64,000 nucleotides of DNA, taken from the NCBI GenBank assembly GCA_041615815.1, contig JBFJCP010000001.1, positions 1 to 64,000 on the forward strand, given 5' to 3'. The translations under genes and the position numbers were made by a program. Below, piece by piece: positions 29,111-39,335 of this stretch. Below the pieces are notes generated by a model. That model searched no databases and was not told the origin of the DNA. It saw only the letters and a program-made list of their open reading frames with translations. The DNA comes from Gemmatimonadales bacterium. Its GTDB lineage: Bacteria; Gemmatimonadota; Gemmatimonadetes; Gemmatimonadales; GWC2-71-9. Numbering within the stretch: position 1 is the first letter of the stretch; every line of letters starts with the position of its first letter.

Positions 29111-29144
29111 TGAGCGTTCCCCACGTGCTCGTTTAGGACATCAC

Positions 29145-31277
29145 ATGGTGCATCGAGTCGAGCGGTCGTTCGCCGGAACGCCCTTCCGGTTGGAGACCGG
29201 GCGTTTGGCAAAGCAAGCAGCAGGCAGCGCGCTCGTTCAGTATGGCGATACCCTCCTGCTCACCGCCGTCACGGTCTCGGATTCGGAGAGTACGCTACCG
29301 TTTTTTCCACTCACCGTCGAGTACCGGGAAAAAAGCTATGCCGCGGGACGCATTCCTGGCGGGTTTTTCAAGCGGGAAGGCAGACCCGGCGAGCATGAGA
29401 TTCTGGCGGCCCGGCTGATCGACCGCTCCATCCGACCGCTCTTTCCCAAGGGATTCCGTAACGAAGTGCAGGTCTTCGTGTACGTGCTCTCGGCCGACCA
29501 AGAGAATGATGCGGACGTCCTGGGGGTCACGGGGGCGTCGCTCGCGCTTTCTCTGTCTCGGGTTCCCTGGAACGGCCCTGTGGCCGGCGTCCGCGTGGCG
29601 CGGGTCGAGGGAGAATGGGTCCTCAACCCCACGTTCCATCAACTCGAGTTCAGCGACGTCGATCTCGTAGTTTCCGGCAATGCTGACTCGATCATCATGG
29701 TGGAAGGTGGAGCGCTCGAAGTGCGAGATGAGGATATCGCCGACGCACTCGCGTTTGCCCAGCGGGGGCTGGGGGAGTTGGTGGCGCTCGAACAAGAGAT
29801 TGTCGGGGCCGCCGCGGTACCGAAGATGGAGTTCGTGAAGCCCGAGCCGTCTCCGGAGATTGCCGACCGCGTGCGGTCCGTCGCGCAGAGCCGCATCGAG
29901 CAGGCGCTCAACTTGGCAGAGAAGGCAGCGCGTGGACACGCATTGGAAACGGTCCAAGACGAAGTGCTGGACCAACTGCTCGAAGACTACCCCGAGGACA
30001 GCGGCGACATCAAGGCCGTCCTGGGCGATATCGAGTACACGACCATGCGCCAGCAAGTGCTGGAACGGGGTGAGCGCATCGACGGCCGTGATCTCGACAC
30101 CGTGCGGGCCGTGACCTGCGAGGTCGGCGTGTTACCGCGGACCCACGGATCCGCGCTCTTTACCCGTGGTCAGACCCAGGCGCTCGTGAGCACGACATTG
30201 GGCTCGGTGTCGGATGAGCAGCGGATCGACAACATCGACATGCCGGGAGACACCACCAAGAGTTTCATGCTGCATTACAACTTCCCGCCGTTCTCCACCG
30301 GCGAAGTTCGTCCGATTCGTGGCGTCTCACGCCGCGAAATCGGACATGGCAATCTGGCCGAACGCGCGCTGCAGGCGCTCTTGCCGCCGTATGACGAGTT
30401 CCCCTACACGATTCGCCTCGTTTCCGACATCCTCGAGTCCAACGGATCGTCGTCCATGGCAACGGTCTGTGGCGGGTCGCTGGCACTGATGGACGCGGGG
30501 GTACCGATCAAGGCCCCGTGCGCCGGTGTCGCCATGGGACTGATCAAAGAAGGCGAGCAGATCGCCATCCTCACGGACATCCTGGGCACCGAAGATCACC
30601 TTGGCGACATGGATTTCAAGGTCGCTGGCACGCGCGATGGCGTGACGTCCATTCAGATGGACAACAAGATCGGGGGGCTCAGTCTCGACGTCCTGCGGAC
30701 AGCGCTCAACAAGGCCAAGGCGGGACGACTGTACATTCTCGAACGGATGGCGGAGACGCTGGGCAGTCCACGCCCCACCTTGTCCCAGTACGCCCCGCGG
30801 ATCATTACGGTTGCCATCAATCCCGAACGGATCGGTGAGGTCATCGGGCCCAAGGGAAAGACGATTCGAGGCATCCAGGAGGAGACCGGCGCCGACATCA
30901 ACGTCGACGACTCCGGACTCATCACCATCTCGGCGGTGGATGGCGCAGCCGGCGAGCGGGCCCGGGCCATGATCGAAGATCTCGTGCGCGAGCCCGAGGT
31001 GGGAACGATCTACGAGGGAGTCGTCAAGAGCACCACTAATTTCGGCGCGTTCGTCGAAATCCTCCCCGGGCGGGAAGGACTCTTGCACATCTCCGAGCTG
31101 CAGCACAGCCGCACAGAGCGGACCGAGGACGTCGTGAAGAAGGGTGACCGCGTTCGGGTCAAGCTCCTGGAGGTGGACGACCGGGGGAAGATGCGGCTCT
31201 CGCGCAAAGCGCTGATCGAAAAGAACGACGACGCACGCGAAGGAAGCGATAACCGGTCTAGCTCCAAGAAGCGCTAG
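29145..31277 (+). CDS. pnp: Polyribonucleotide nucleotidyltransferase
   Basis: ETGRLAKQA, IPGGFFKREG, FTRGQTQ, LESNGSSSMA, KH and S1 domains. Confidence 0.98.
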   Translation: MVHRVERSFAGTPFRLETGRLAKQAAGSALVQYGDTLLLTAVTVSDSESTLPFFPLTVEYREKSYAAGRIPGGFFKREGRPGEHEILAARLIDRSIRPLFPKGFRNEVQVFVYVLSADQENDADVLGVTGASLALSLSRVPWNGPVAGVRVARVEGEWVLNPTFHQLEFSDVDLVVSGNADSIIMVEGGALEVRDEDIADALAFAQRGLGELVALEQEIVGAAAVPKMEFVKPEPSPEIADRVRSVAQSRIEQALNLAEKAARGHALETVQDEVLDQLLEDYPEDSGDIKAVLGDIEYTTMRQQVLERGERIDGRDLDTVRAVTCEVGVLPRTHGSALFTRGQTQALVSTTLGSVSDEQRIDNIDMPGDTTKSFMLHYNFPPFSTGEVRPIRGVSRREIGHGNLAERALQALLPPYDEFPYTIRLVSDILESNGSSSMATVCGGSLALMDAGVPIKAPCAGVAMGLIKEGEQIAILTDILGTEDHLGDMDFKVAGTRDGVTSIQMDNKIGGLSLDVLRTALNKAKAGRLYILERMAETLGSPRPTLSQYAPRIITVAINPERIGEVIGPKGKTIRGIQEETGADINVDDSGLITISAVDGAAGERARAMIEDLVREPEVGTIYEGVVKSTTNFGAFVEILPGREGLLHISELQHSRTERTEDVVKKGDRVRVKLLEVDDRGKMRLSRKALIEKNDDAREGSDNRSSSKKR

Positions 31278-31281
31278 GCGC

Positions 31282-32532
31282 GTGCGCACCGTCGAACTCG
31301 ACGAGCGACTCCATCGCACCGACGCGCCCAACGGCGTGGTGGTGCTCTCCGAAGCTCTCCCCAGCGTTCGGTCCGTCGCCGTCGGCATTTGGGTCAAGAC
31401 GGCCTCGGTCCACGAGGACGCCGCCCGGATGGGCGTGTCGCATCTCCTGGAACATATGGTGTTCAAGGGAACCGAGCGTCGGAGCGCACGTGACATCGCC
31501 GTCGAGTTGGAGGTGCGGGGTGGCTCGCTCGACGCCTTCACGTCCCGCGATCACACCTCCTACCAGGCCCGCGTCCTGGACGACGACCTCCCCCGCGCGC
31601 TCGACGTGCTCACCGATCTCGTGCGCAACCCCGCCCTGCGCGAGCCCGACCTCGCGCTGGAGCGGAAAGTCGTGCTGGAGGAAATCAGCACGGTCGACGA
31701 TACGCCGGACGATCTCGTCTTCGACATCCATACGCAAACGCTCTGGCCGGATCACCCGTACGGCTTTCCGATACTCGGCACCCGGGAAACCGTGAGTCGC
31801 CTGGAGACCGCGGACCTCCGCGCCCTGCACGCAGGGGCGTATCACCCGCGCCATGTGATCATCGCGGCTGCCGGGAACCTGAGCCATGATCTCTTGTTGA
31901 AGCTCGTCGCGAAGTGTGGTTGGCTCACGTTCGAGCCCGGACCGTCACCGCGTCCCATCCGGAAGGTGCCAGCCGCCACGCGAACCGAGCACCGCGTATG
32001 CCGGGAGACGGCACAAACGCATGTGGTGCTCGGGACCGACACCTTCGCGTTTCCCGACGCTCGCCGAGAAACGCTGATGCTGCTCAACAATGTTTTGGGT
32101 GGAGGGATGTCGAGTCGGCTGTTCCAGCGTATTCGAGAAGAGCTGGGTTTGGCGTATGCGGTCTATAGCTTCCATTCGTTCTATCGCGCCGCGGGCGTGA
32201 CGGGGGTCTACGTGGGCTCCCACCCGACCACAGCGGCGCAGGCGGTGGAGGCCATTCTCGAGGAGCTGCGTCGCCTGGCAGCCACAGGGCTTACCGAAGA
32301 GGAACTGGCGGAGGCCAAACAACAGCTCAAGGGCCAGATCACGTTGTCCCTGGAGAGTCCGGCTGCGCGCATGTATCGTCTGGCGGCCGTACCCTTGTAC
32401 GAGATACCCTACCGGACCATCGACCGGCTGCTGGAGGACGTGGACAAGATACAGCGCGACGATGTTGCCGGGGTGGCCGAGGAGTTTTTGGATCCCGACC
32501 GTCAGACGGTTGTCTGGCTCGGTCCCAACTGA
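31282..32532 (+). CDS. M16 family zinc peptidase
   Basis: HLLEHMVFKGT (HxxEH), LGGGMSSRLFQRIREELGLAY. Confidence 0.94.
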   Translation: MRTVELDERLHRTDAPNGVVVLSEALPSVRSVAVGIWVKTASVHEDAARMGVSHLLEHMVFKGTERRSARDIAVELEVRGGSLDAFTSRDHTSYQARVLDDDLPRALDVLTDLVRNPALREPDLALERKVVLEEISTVDDTPDDLVFDIHTQTLWPDHPYGFPILGTRETVSRLETADLRALHAGAYHPRHVIIAAAGNLSHDLLLKLVAKCGWLTFEPGPSPRPIRKVPAATRTEHRVCRETAQTHVVLGTDTFAFPDARRETLMLLNNVLGGGMSSRLFQRIREELGLAYAVYSFHSFYRAAGVTGVYVGSHPTTAAQAVEAILEELRRLAATGLTEEELAEAKQQLKGQITLSLESPAARMYRLAAVPLYEIPYRTIDRLLEDVDKIQRDDVAGVAEEFLDPDRQTVVWLGPN

Positions 32533-32559
32533 GTTTTTGATCTCAACCAAGAACGCCAC

Positions 32560-33672
32560 ATGAAGATTGGTGTCCCGCAGGAGATCAAGACTGCCGAAAA
32601 CCGGGTGGCATTAGTCCCCGGCGGGGCGGAAGCGCTCGTAGCCGACGGACATGCCGTTCTGGTGCAGGAAGGTGCCGGAGACGGGAGCGGCTTTTCCGAC
32701 GCCGACTACGCCGCGGTGGGAGCGGAGATCGTCCCCGCGGCGGAGCAGGTGTGGGCCGAGGCCGAGATGATTCTCAAGGTCAAGGAGCCCATCGAGCCCG
32801 AATGGTCCTGCATGCGTCCGGGGCAGGTGGTGTTCACGTACTTCCATTTTGCCGCCAGCGAGGCGCTGACGCGGGCCGTGATGGAGTCGCACTGTGTCGC
32901 CATCGCGTACGAGACCGTGCAATTGGAATCCGGTGAGCTGCCGCTCCTCACGCCCATGAGCGAGGTGGCCGGCCGGATGGCGGTGCAAGAAGGAGCCAAG
33001 TATTTGGAGAAGTTTCACGGTGGACGCGGGGTCCTCTTGGGTGGGGTTCCGGGAGTGCTGCCCGCCGAGGTCGTGATTCTAGGTGGCGGTGTGGTGGGGA
33101 CGAATGCCGCGAAGATGGCGGCGGGCCTCGGTGCCCACGTCACGGTCTTGGACGTCAACCTCGATCGGCTGCGCTACCTCGCCGACGTGATGCCCGCGAA
33201 CGTGGATCTCCTCTACTCCAGCCGCCGCTACATCGTCGAGCAGATTCAGCGGGCCGATCTCCTGATCGGGGGGGTGTTGCTACCGGGCGCCAAGGCCCCG
33301 AAACTCGTGCTCCGCGAGGACCTCACCATGATGAAGCCCGGATCGGTCATCGTGGACGTCTCCGTGGATCAGGGCGGGTGCATCGAGACGATCCGTCCCA
33401 CGACCCACGACCAGCCGACGTATCTGGTCGATGGCGTGGTGCATTATGCCGTGGCCAATATGCCGGGTGGCGTTCCGCGAACCTCCACGCTCGCGCTCAC
33501 CAATGCCACGTTGCCATACGCCAGGCGGCTGGCGCGAGATGGCTGGCGCGCGGCCTGCGCGCGGGACCGGGCCCTCTACCTGGGCCTCAACGTTATCGAA
33601 GGGAGCGTAGTGTACCCCGGGGTGGCAGAGGCGTTCGATCTCGAGCTGGCCGACGCGGGCGTGCTCGTGTGA
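32560..33672 (+). CDS. ald: Alanine dehydrogenase
   Basis: [41 protein letters not shown]. Confidence 0.96.
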   Translation: MKIGVPQEIKTAENRVALVPGGAEALVADGHAVLVQEGAGDGSGFSDADYAAVGAEIVPAAEQVWAEAEMILKVKEPIEPEWSCMRPGQVVFTYFHFAASEALTRAVMESHCVAIAYETVQLESGELPLLTPMSEVAGRMAVQEGAKYLEKFHGGRGVLLGGVPGVLPAEVVILGGGVVGTNAAKMAAGLGAHVTVLDVNLDRLRYLADVMPANVDLLYSSRRYIVEQIQRADLLIGGVLLPGAKAPKLVLREDLTMMKPGSVIVDVSVDQGGCIETIRPTTHDQPTYLVDGVVHYAVANMPGGVPRTSTLALTNATLPYARRLARDGWRAACARDRALYLGLNVIEGSVVYPGVAEAFDLELADAGVLV

Positions 33673-33703
33673 CGGGGGTTACCGAAGTGTCTAACCCGAT
33701 ACC

Positions 33704-33733
33704 TTGTGGTAATTTCGGCCCATCTGTTATGTT
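33704..33733 (+). promoter_or_regulatory. Putative extended -10 promoter of mre operon
   Basis: TTGTGG-18 nt-TATGTT with TG at the extended -10 position. Confidence 0.4.
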
Positions 33734-33802
33734 GCGTGCTCTTGGCCGTCCCGGGCTCCGAGCGCCCGAGCCCACCCATCGTCTACCACGATAGCTGACC
33801 GG

Positions 33803-34840
33803 ATGCGGTGGCCCAAATTTAGCCTCGGCAGTTTTCTGCCTGCGAACGAGATCGCCGTCGATCTGGGGACGTCGAATACCCTCATCTACGTCCGCGGCGA
33901 GGGAATCGTCCTGAACGAGCCCTCGGTGGTGGCCGTGGAGAAGTCGAGCGGCAAGATCAAGGGTATCGGTCTCGAGGCCAAGCGGATGCTCGGACGGACC
34001 CCGGACGGCGTGGTGGCGGTCCGCCCCCTCAAAGACGGGGTGATCGCCGATTTCGATGTCACCGAGAAGATGCTTCGGTATTTTCTCTCGTCCATCATTC
34101 AAAAGCACGTGCTGCGCGTGAAACCCCGCGTGATCGTGTGCGTTCCGAGCGGGATCACAGAAGTCGAACGTCGCGCGGTCCGTGACAGCGCGCATTCGGC
34201 CGGCGCCAAAGAGGTATATATGGTGGACGAGCCGATGGCCGCCGCCATCGGGGTCGGGCTCCCCGTGGAAACGCCCACAGGCAACATGGTAATCGACATC
34301 GGCGGCGGGACCACGGAGATTGCCGTGATCGCCTTGTCCGGAATCGTGAGCAACACCTCCATCCGGACCGGTGGCGACGAGCTGGACCAGGCCATCGTGC
34401 AGTTCATGCGGAAGAACTACAACCTGCTGATTGGCGAGCCGACGGCCGAGGCCATCAAGATTCAGGTCGGCAGCGCCGTCCCTATCGGGGATGAGGGCGA
34501 AATGGAGGCCAAAGGACGCGACCTCGTATCGGGGATTCCCAAGGTGGTGAGCGTGCACGCCAGCGAGATCCGCGAGGCCATCCAGGAGCCGATTCAGCAA
34601 ATCGTCGATGCGGTCCGTCGCGCCCTCGAGATCACGCCGCCCGAGCTGGCAAGCGACATCGTCGACCGAGGCATCGTCATGGCCGGTGGGGGGTCGTTGA
34701 TTCGTGGCCTCGACGTCGCGCTGTCACAAGAGACGTCCCTGCCGATCCGCGTGGACGAAGATCCCCTCACCTGCGTCGTCCGCGGTACGGGACGCATCCT
34801 GGAGGATCCCGAGAAGTATCGCTCGGTCCTCGCTACCTGA
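33803..34840 (+). CDS. mreB: Rod shape-determining protein MreB
   Basis: DLGTSNT, NEPSVVA, RPLKDGVIADF, DIGGGTTE. Confidence 0.98.
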   Translation: MRWPKFSLGSFLPANEIAVDLGTSNTLIYVRGEGIVLNEPSVVAVEKSSGKIKGIGLEAKRMLGRTPDGVVAVRPLKDGVIADFDVTEKMLRYFLSSIIQKHVLRVKPRVIVCVPSGITEVERRAVRDSAHSAGAKEVYMVDEPMAAAIGVGLPVETPTGNMVIDIGGGTTEIAVIALSGIVSNTSIRTGGDELDQAIVQFMRKNYNLLIGEPTAEAIKIQVGSAVPIGDEGEMEAKGRDLVSGIPKVVSVHASEIREAIQEPIQQIVDAVRRALEITPPELASDIVDRGIVMAGGGSLIRGLDVALSQETSLPIRVDEDPLTCVVRGTGRILEDPEKYRSVLAT

Positions 34841-34846
34841 GGTCTC

Positions 34847-35695
34847 GTGGGCAGTACCTCGAACCGTTTCACTTCTCGACGCGATACGGTCGCGTTTGCA
34901 GTCTGTCTCCTGCTCGCCGTGGCGGCGCGGACCGCCCCGCCCAACGTGCAGCAGCCGCTGGCGTCGCTCATCCGCGGAACCGTTCTGGCGCCGCTCCTCG
35001 CCCTCCAACAGCAGGCGGAGCTGTTTCGCAACGCGAGGGTACGCTACGGGGCACTCGCCGCGCAACGCGACTCGGCCCTCGTCGCGGCGCAGTCGGTCCT
35101 CACCCTCCAGGAGGAGAACCAACGCCTCCGCGAGGTCCTCACGCTCAGCAGACGGCTGACCATCGAGCACGTGGCGGCGGAGGTCCTGCATCAGGCGACG
35201 CCCACCGATGGCTATACCTTCGTGTTGAGTGCCGGGGAAACGGATGGCGTGACGGCGATGGCGCCGGTCATCGCCCCGGGGGGGCTGGTGGGAATCGTGC
35301 GAAGTGTGGAGCGGAACACAGCGGTGGCCGCCGTCTGGACACATCCTGAATTCAGGGTGAGCGCGATGACGCTGGACGCTTCGGTATTCGGCATCGTTGC
35401 CCCGAGGGGCAGCGATGGTCCGGACCAAATGCTGTTGGAACTCCGGGGTGTACCCTATGGTGACGAGGTGGGACCCGGGACACCGATCTTCACGTCGGGG
35501 CTAGGAGGCAGCGGCGCACTGTATCCCCGTGGCATTCCCATCGGCGTCGTGCTCGGGGTGGCGGAGGAGCGTGAGGGCTGGTCGCGGACGTATTTCGTGC
35601 GGCCGGGGGTGCATCCTGCCGCGGTCTCTCACGTGGTGGTGCTGATCGAGCGGGGCATGGAGTTGGGATCCGCATTCGAGAGAGGGACCCCATGA
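34847..35695 (+). CDS. mreC: Rod shape-determining protein MreC
   Basis: TM, coiled coil LQEENQRLR, GLVG, TSGLGG..YPRGIPIG. Confidence 0.92.
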   Translation: MGSTSNRFTSRRDTVAFAVCLLLAVAARTAPPNVQQPLASLIRGTVLAPLLALQQQAELFRNARVRYGALAAQRDSALVAAQSVLTLQEENQRLREVLTLSRRLTIEHVAAEVLHQATPTDGYTFVLSAGETDGVTAMAPVIAPGGLVGIVRSVERNTAVAAVWTHPEFRVSAMTLDASVFGIVAPRGSDGPDQMLLELRGVPYGDEVGPGTPIFTSGLGGSGALYPRGIPIGVVLGVAEEREGWSRTYFVRPGVHPAAVSHVVVLIERGMELGSAFERGTP

Positions 35696-36189
35696 CGGGT
35701 CGGCGGGAGCCGTACCGGACAGCGGTGGTGATCAGCCTGTTGGTGCTGCTGCATTTCGTCTTGCGACCCTTCCTGGGCGACGCACGCCTGGCGCCCGACA
35801 TGTTGCTGCTGGCGCTGCTCGTGTACGCCATCGGGGCACGCCCGGGCGCGGCCGCCATTGCCGGCTTCGTCACCGGGCTCTTGGTGGACTCGCTCACCCC
35901 GGTGGCATTCGGAGCGAACGCCTTCGCGCATCTGGCAGTCGGCTACCTCGCGGCGTGGGGCAAAGCGGTGTTCTTCGCAGAAAACCTCGCGGTCAATGCC
36001 GGGTTCTTCTTCGTGGGGACCTGGGTGCGCGATCTGCTCGTCGTCGTGGCGGGGCAGCACGTGGATGGGAGTGCCGTCTTCTGGCAGCTCGCGGTCTGGT
36101 CCGTGCTCAAGGCGATCACCACGGCGGCCCTTGGCGTGGCGGTGTTGGCCACCTTCCGCCGGTGGTTGGCCGTCCGAGTCGTCGAATGA
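35692..36189 (+). CDS. mreD: Rod shape-determining protein MreD
   Basis: PDMLL, GFVTGLLVD; hydrophobic; synteny. Confidence 0.88.
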   Translation: MTGRREPYRTAVVISLLVLLHFVLRPFLGDARLAPDMLLLALLVYAIGARPGAAAIAGFVTGLLVDSLTPVAFGANAFAHLAVGYLAAWGKAVFFAENLAVNAGFFFVGTWVRDLLVVVAGQHVDGSAVFWQLAVWSVLKAITTAALGVAVLATFRRWLAVRVVE

Positions 36190-38048
36190 ACTGGCACCAT
36201 CCCCACGCCGTGACTCGTCGAGGCGAACTTGGCCGCCTCCTCGTGGTCGTCGTCTTCGGATTCCTGATCTTGGCATTCTTCCGCGTCCAGGTGCTGAGCT
36301 CTTCCCGATATCGGCTGCAATCGGAGGAGAATCGGCTTCGGCCGGTCCGGATCCCCGCGCCTCGCGGTCAGATCACGGATCGGCACGGCACGGTGCTCGC
36401 GGAAAACGTCCCCGGGTACACCGTGGCGCTCATCGCCTCGTCCGGGGACTCCCTGCGCGCTACGCTCGGCCGGATCGCCGGGATTGCACGACTCGATTCC
36501 GCCCAAATCGCCCGGACGCTCGCGCGGTACCAGCGCCGCCCCTTCGATCCGGTGACGGTGTTGTCGGATGCCGAGTTCGAGATCGTCTCCACGCTCGAAG
36601 AGCGACGCGCGTGGATTCCCGGCCTCGTGATCCAAAGTGAGCCGAAGCGTCGGTACCCGTTCGGGGAGATCGCGGCGCATGTGGTGGGCTACGTGGGGGA
36701 GATCAGTGAGAGCGAGCTGAACAGCGACGCGTTCCGCGGTGCGCGCGCCGGAATGATCGTGGGACAGGACGGGCTCGAGCGAGCCTACGACAGCCTGATC
36801 CGAGGCGAGGAGGGGGTCCGGTTCGTCGAAGTGGACGCGTTGGGGCGAACCGTCCGAGAAGCCGGTGATGAGACGCGGTTGGAGGCGCAGCCGGGCAACA
36901 CAGTGCGCACGACGATCGATATCGGGCTCCAGCAGCATGTGGCCGAGGCGTTCCCGTTGGGCCGTCGCGGAGGCGTGGCCGTGATGGATCCACGCACGGG
37001 CGAGATGCTGGCCCTGTATTCTTCACCCACGTACGATCCCAATGGGTTCGTGGGAGGGCTGGATCCTGCCATTTGGCAGGTGTTGTCGCAGGCCGAAGAT
37101 TCGCCGCTGTTGAACCGCGTCGTGCAAGCACGCTATCCGCCGGCGTCGCCCTGGAAGCTGGTTGTCGCGTCGATGGCGATGAAGCGGGGACTCGTGGGAT
37201 TGGGAAGCCAGATGCCGATCCCGTGCACCGGCGGCATGCGGTACTACAACCGGTATTTCCGATGCTGGAGGGTACAGGGACACGGGGTGCTCAATCTCGC
37301 CGAAGCCATCCAGCACTCGTGCGACGTCTACTTCTACCAACTTGGCCTCCGGCTCCAACTGGCCAATATGCTGCATGACGTTGGAGAACTCGGTTTCCGT
37401 GATGTCAGTGGCATCGATCTGCCCAATGAGATTCAGCCCATCTTCCCGCCGTCCACCGAGTACTACAATCGGCGCTATGGACCACGAGGTTGGACGAATG
37501 CGGTCACGCTGAACCTGGCCATCGGACAAGGCGAGAACGCGCAGACGCTGATCGGCATGACGCGCTTCTACGCCATGATGGCGAATCCGGACGGGACCGC
37601 ACCCGAACCGTGGTTCGTGGAACCAGCGGACGTTCGGAATCGGCGGCGGGTCGGTCTTGATCCCGACGCGCTCGGCGGCCTGAGGGAGGCGCTGGTGGCG
37701 GTGGTTGCGCGGGGAACCGCAGCCGGGGCCCGAGTGGAAAACCTGCGGATCGCGGGAAAGACGGGCACGGCGCAGAATCCACACGGTCCCGACCACGGAT
37801 GGTTCATCGGATTCGCACCCGCGGAGGATCCGCAGGTGGTCGTTGGGGCGATAGTCGAGTTTGCGGAGCACGGCTCGGCCGTGGCTCCTCTGGTCACCCA
37901 GATCATCACCCGCCACCTCTACGGCGCACGTGGGGCGAGCCCGCGTGCGCTCGATGTGGATCTCGACGTACCCGCGGATTCGGCTCCCCAACCCCTCCCC
38001 ATCCTTCCCGATCCCACGACGCGCCGTGACCCGACGCGGCCTCGATAA
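36186..38048 (+). CDS. mrdA: Penicillin-binding protein 2
   Basis: PAPRGQITDR, YPPASPWK (SxxK), SCD, KTGTAQ. Confidence 0.95.
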   Translation: MNWHHPHAVTRRGELGRLLVVVVFGFLILAFFRVQVLSSSRYRLQSEENRLRPVRIPAPRGQITDRHGTVLAENVPGYTVALIASSGDSLRATLGRIAGIARLDSAQIARTLARYQRRPFDPVTVLSDAEFEIVSTLEERRAWIPGLVIQSEPKRRYPFGEIAAHVVGYVGEISESELNSDAFRGARAGMIVGQDGLERAYDSLIRGEEGVRFVEVDALGRTVREAGDETRLEAQPGNTVRTTIDIGLQQHVAEAFPLGRRGGVAVMDPRTGEMLALYSSPTYDPNGFVGGLDPAIWQVLSQAEDSPLLNRVVQARYPPASPWKLVVASMAMKRGLVGLGSQMPIPCTGGMRYYNRYFRCWRVQGHGVLNLAEAIQHSCDVYFYQLGLRLQLANMLHDVGELGFRDVSGIDLPNEIQPIFPPSTEYYNRRYGPRGWTNAVTLNLAIGQGENAQTLIGMTRFYAMMANPDGTAPEPWFVEPADVRNRRRVGLDPDALGGLREALVAVVARGTAAGARVENLRIAGKTGTAQNPHGPDHGWFIGFAPAEDPQVVVGAIVEFAEHGSAVAPLVTQIITRHLYGARGASPRALDVDLDVPADSAPQPLPILPDPTTRRDPTRPR

Positions 38049-39267
38049 ACCGCTGCTGGCCGCAACGGCGGGGCTGTTGGTGATCGGCCTAGCCACCCTC
38101 TACTCCGCCGGCCAGACCGACGCTCCCTCTGCCGCCGCGGAAATCTGGCGGAGCCAGGTCGTGTGGCTGTTGCTGGGCACGGGTGCCGCGATCCTGGCGT
38201 TCCGGGTATCCCCGAGAATCTTGGAATGGGTCACACCCTTCGTTTACGGATTCGCGCTCCTGTTGTTGGTGCTCACGTTGATCGTCGGCACCGGAGCCGG
38301 CACGGCGGCAGGCGCCAAATCGTGGCTCGCCATTGGCGGGGTCCGCATTGGACAGCCCGTCGAGCTCGCCAAGGTGGCCACCATCCTGTTCCTCGCCCGG
38401 CATCTTGGGGCGCGGCGCACCGCGCCCAACACGTTGTGGGAGCTGATGCCCGCCTGTGTCATCGTGGGCGTGCCTTTTGTCCTGGTGGGTCTGCAGCCCG
38501 ATTTGGGCAGCGCCATGGTCTTCCTCGGCGTGCTCTTCGCCATGCTGTTCTGGGTTGGCGTGCCGGCGTGGTTGTTGCTGCTGCTCGCCTCGCCCGTTAT
38601 CAGCCTGCTGCTGGCGTTTTCCACCGCAGCGTGGGGTGTCTGGATCGTCGCGTTGACCATCTTGCTCTTATGGATGCGACCGTATGTGGTGGAAGGATTG
38701 GTGGTGTGGCTCACGAACGTCACCATGGGCGTGATTGCCCTGGAGCTCTGGCGTAACCTCGCACCGTATCAGCAGAACCGGCTGCTCTCCTTTTTGAATC
38801 CCGAAATCGATCCCCGCGCTACCGGGTGGCACATCCTTCAGTCCAAGATCGCCATCGGGTCGGGAGGGTTGGCGGGGAAAGGATTCATCGAAGGGACGCA
38901 AAAGCGGTTGGCGTTCCTCCCGGCCCAGCACACCGATTTCATCTACTCGGTCCTGGGGGAGGAACTCGGGTTCCTGGGCGTGCTGGTGAGTCTGAGTCTG
39001 TTCGCGATGTTTCTGTTGGTGTTGGTGCGGATCGCGCGCCGCGCCACAGACCCGTTCTCTTCGATGGTCGTCTTTGGTATCGTGGGGCTTTTCCTCACCC
39101 ACATTGTGGTGAACGTCGGCATGACGGTCGGACTCATGCCCATCACGGGCATTCCGCTACCGTTCTTTTCGTACGGGGGATCCTTTCTCGTCACCTCCTG
39201 CGTCTGCATCGGGCTGGCCCTGCGGGTCGCCTGGGATTCCAGGCTTTCCGGGTATGCTGAGGCGTGA
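38026..39267 (+). CDS. rodA: Rod shape-determining protein RodA
   Basis: QPVELAK, QPDLGSA, QSKIAIGSGG, HTDFI, TGIPLPFFSYGGS. Confidence 0.95.
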   Translation: MTRRGLDKPLLAATAGLLVIGLATLYSAGQTDAPSAAAEIWRSQVVWLLLGTGAAILAFRVSPRILEWVTPFVYGFALLLLVLTLIVGTGAGTAAGAKSWLAIGGVRIGQPVELAKVATILFLARHLGARRTAPNTLWELMPACVIVGVPFVLVGLQPDLGSAMVFLGVLFAMLFWVGVPAWLLLLLASPVISLLLAFSTAAWGVWIVALTILLLWMRPYVVEGLVVWLTNVTMGVIALELWRNLAPYQQNRLLSFLNPEIDPRATGWHILQSKIAIGSGGLAGKGFIEGTQKRLAFLPAQHTDFIYSVLGEELGFLGVLVSLSLFAMFLLVLVRIARRATDPFSSMVVFGIVGLFLTHIVVNVGMTVGLMPITGIPLPFFSYGGSFLVTSCVCIGLALRVAWDSRLSGYAEA

Positions 39268-39335
39268 GTGGGGGTGGCGCGCTGCGCGGCGGCCTGCCAG
39301 ATTGGCCCCCTTGATCTGGAGGATCGGGTAGCGCG

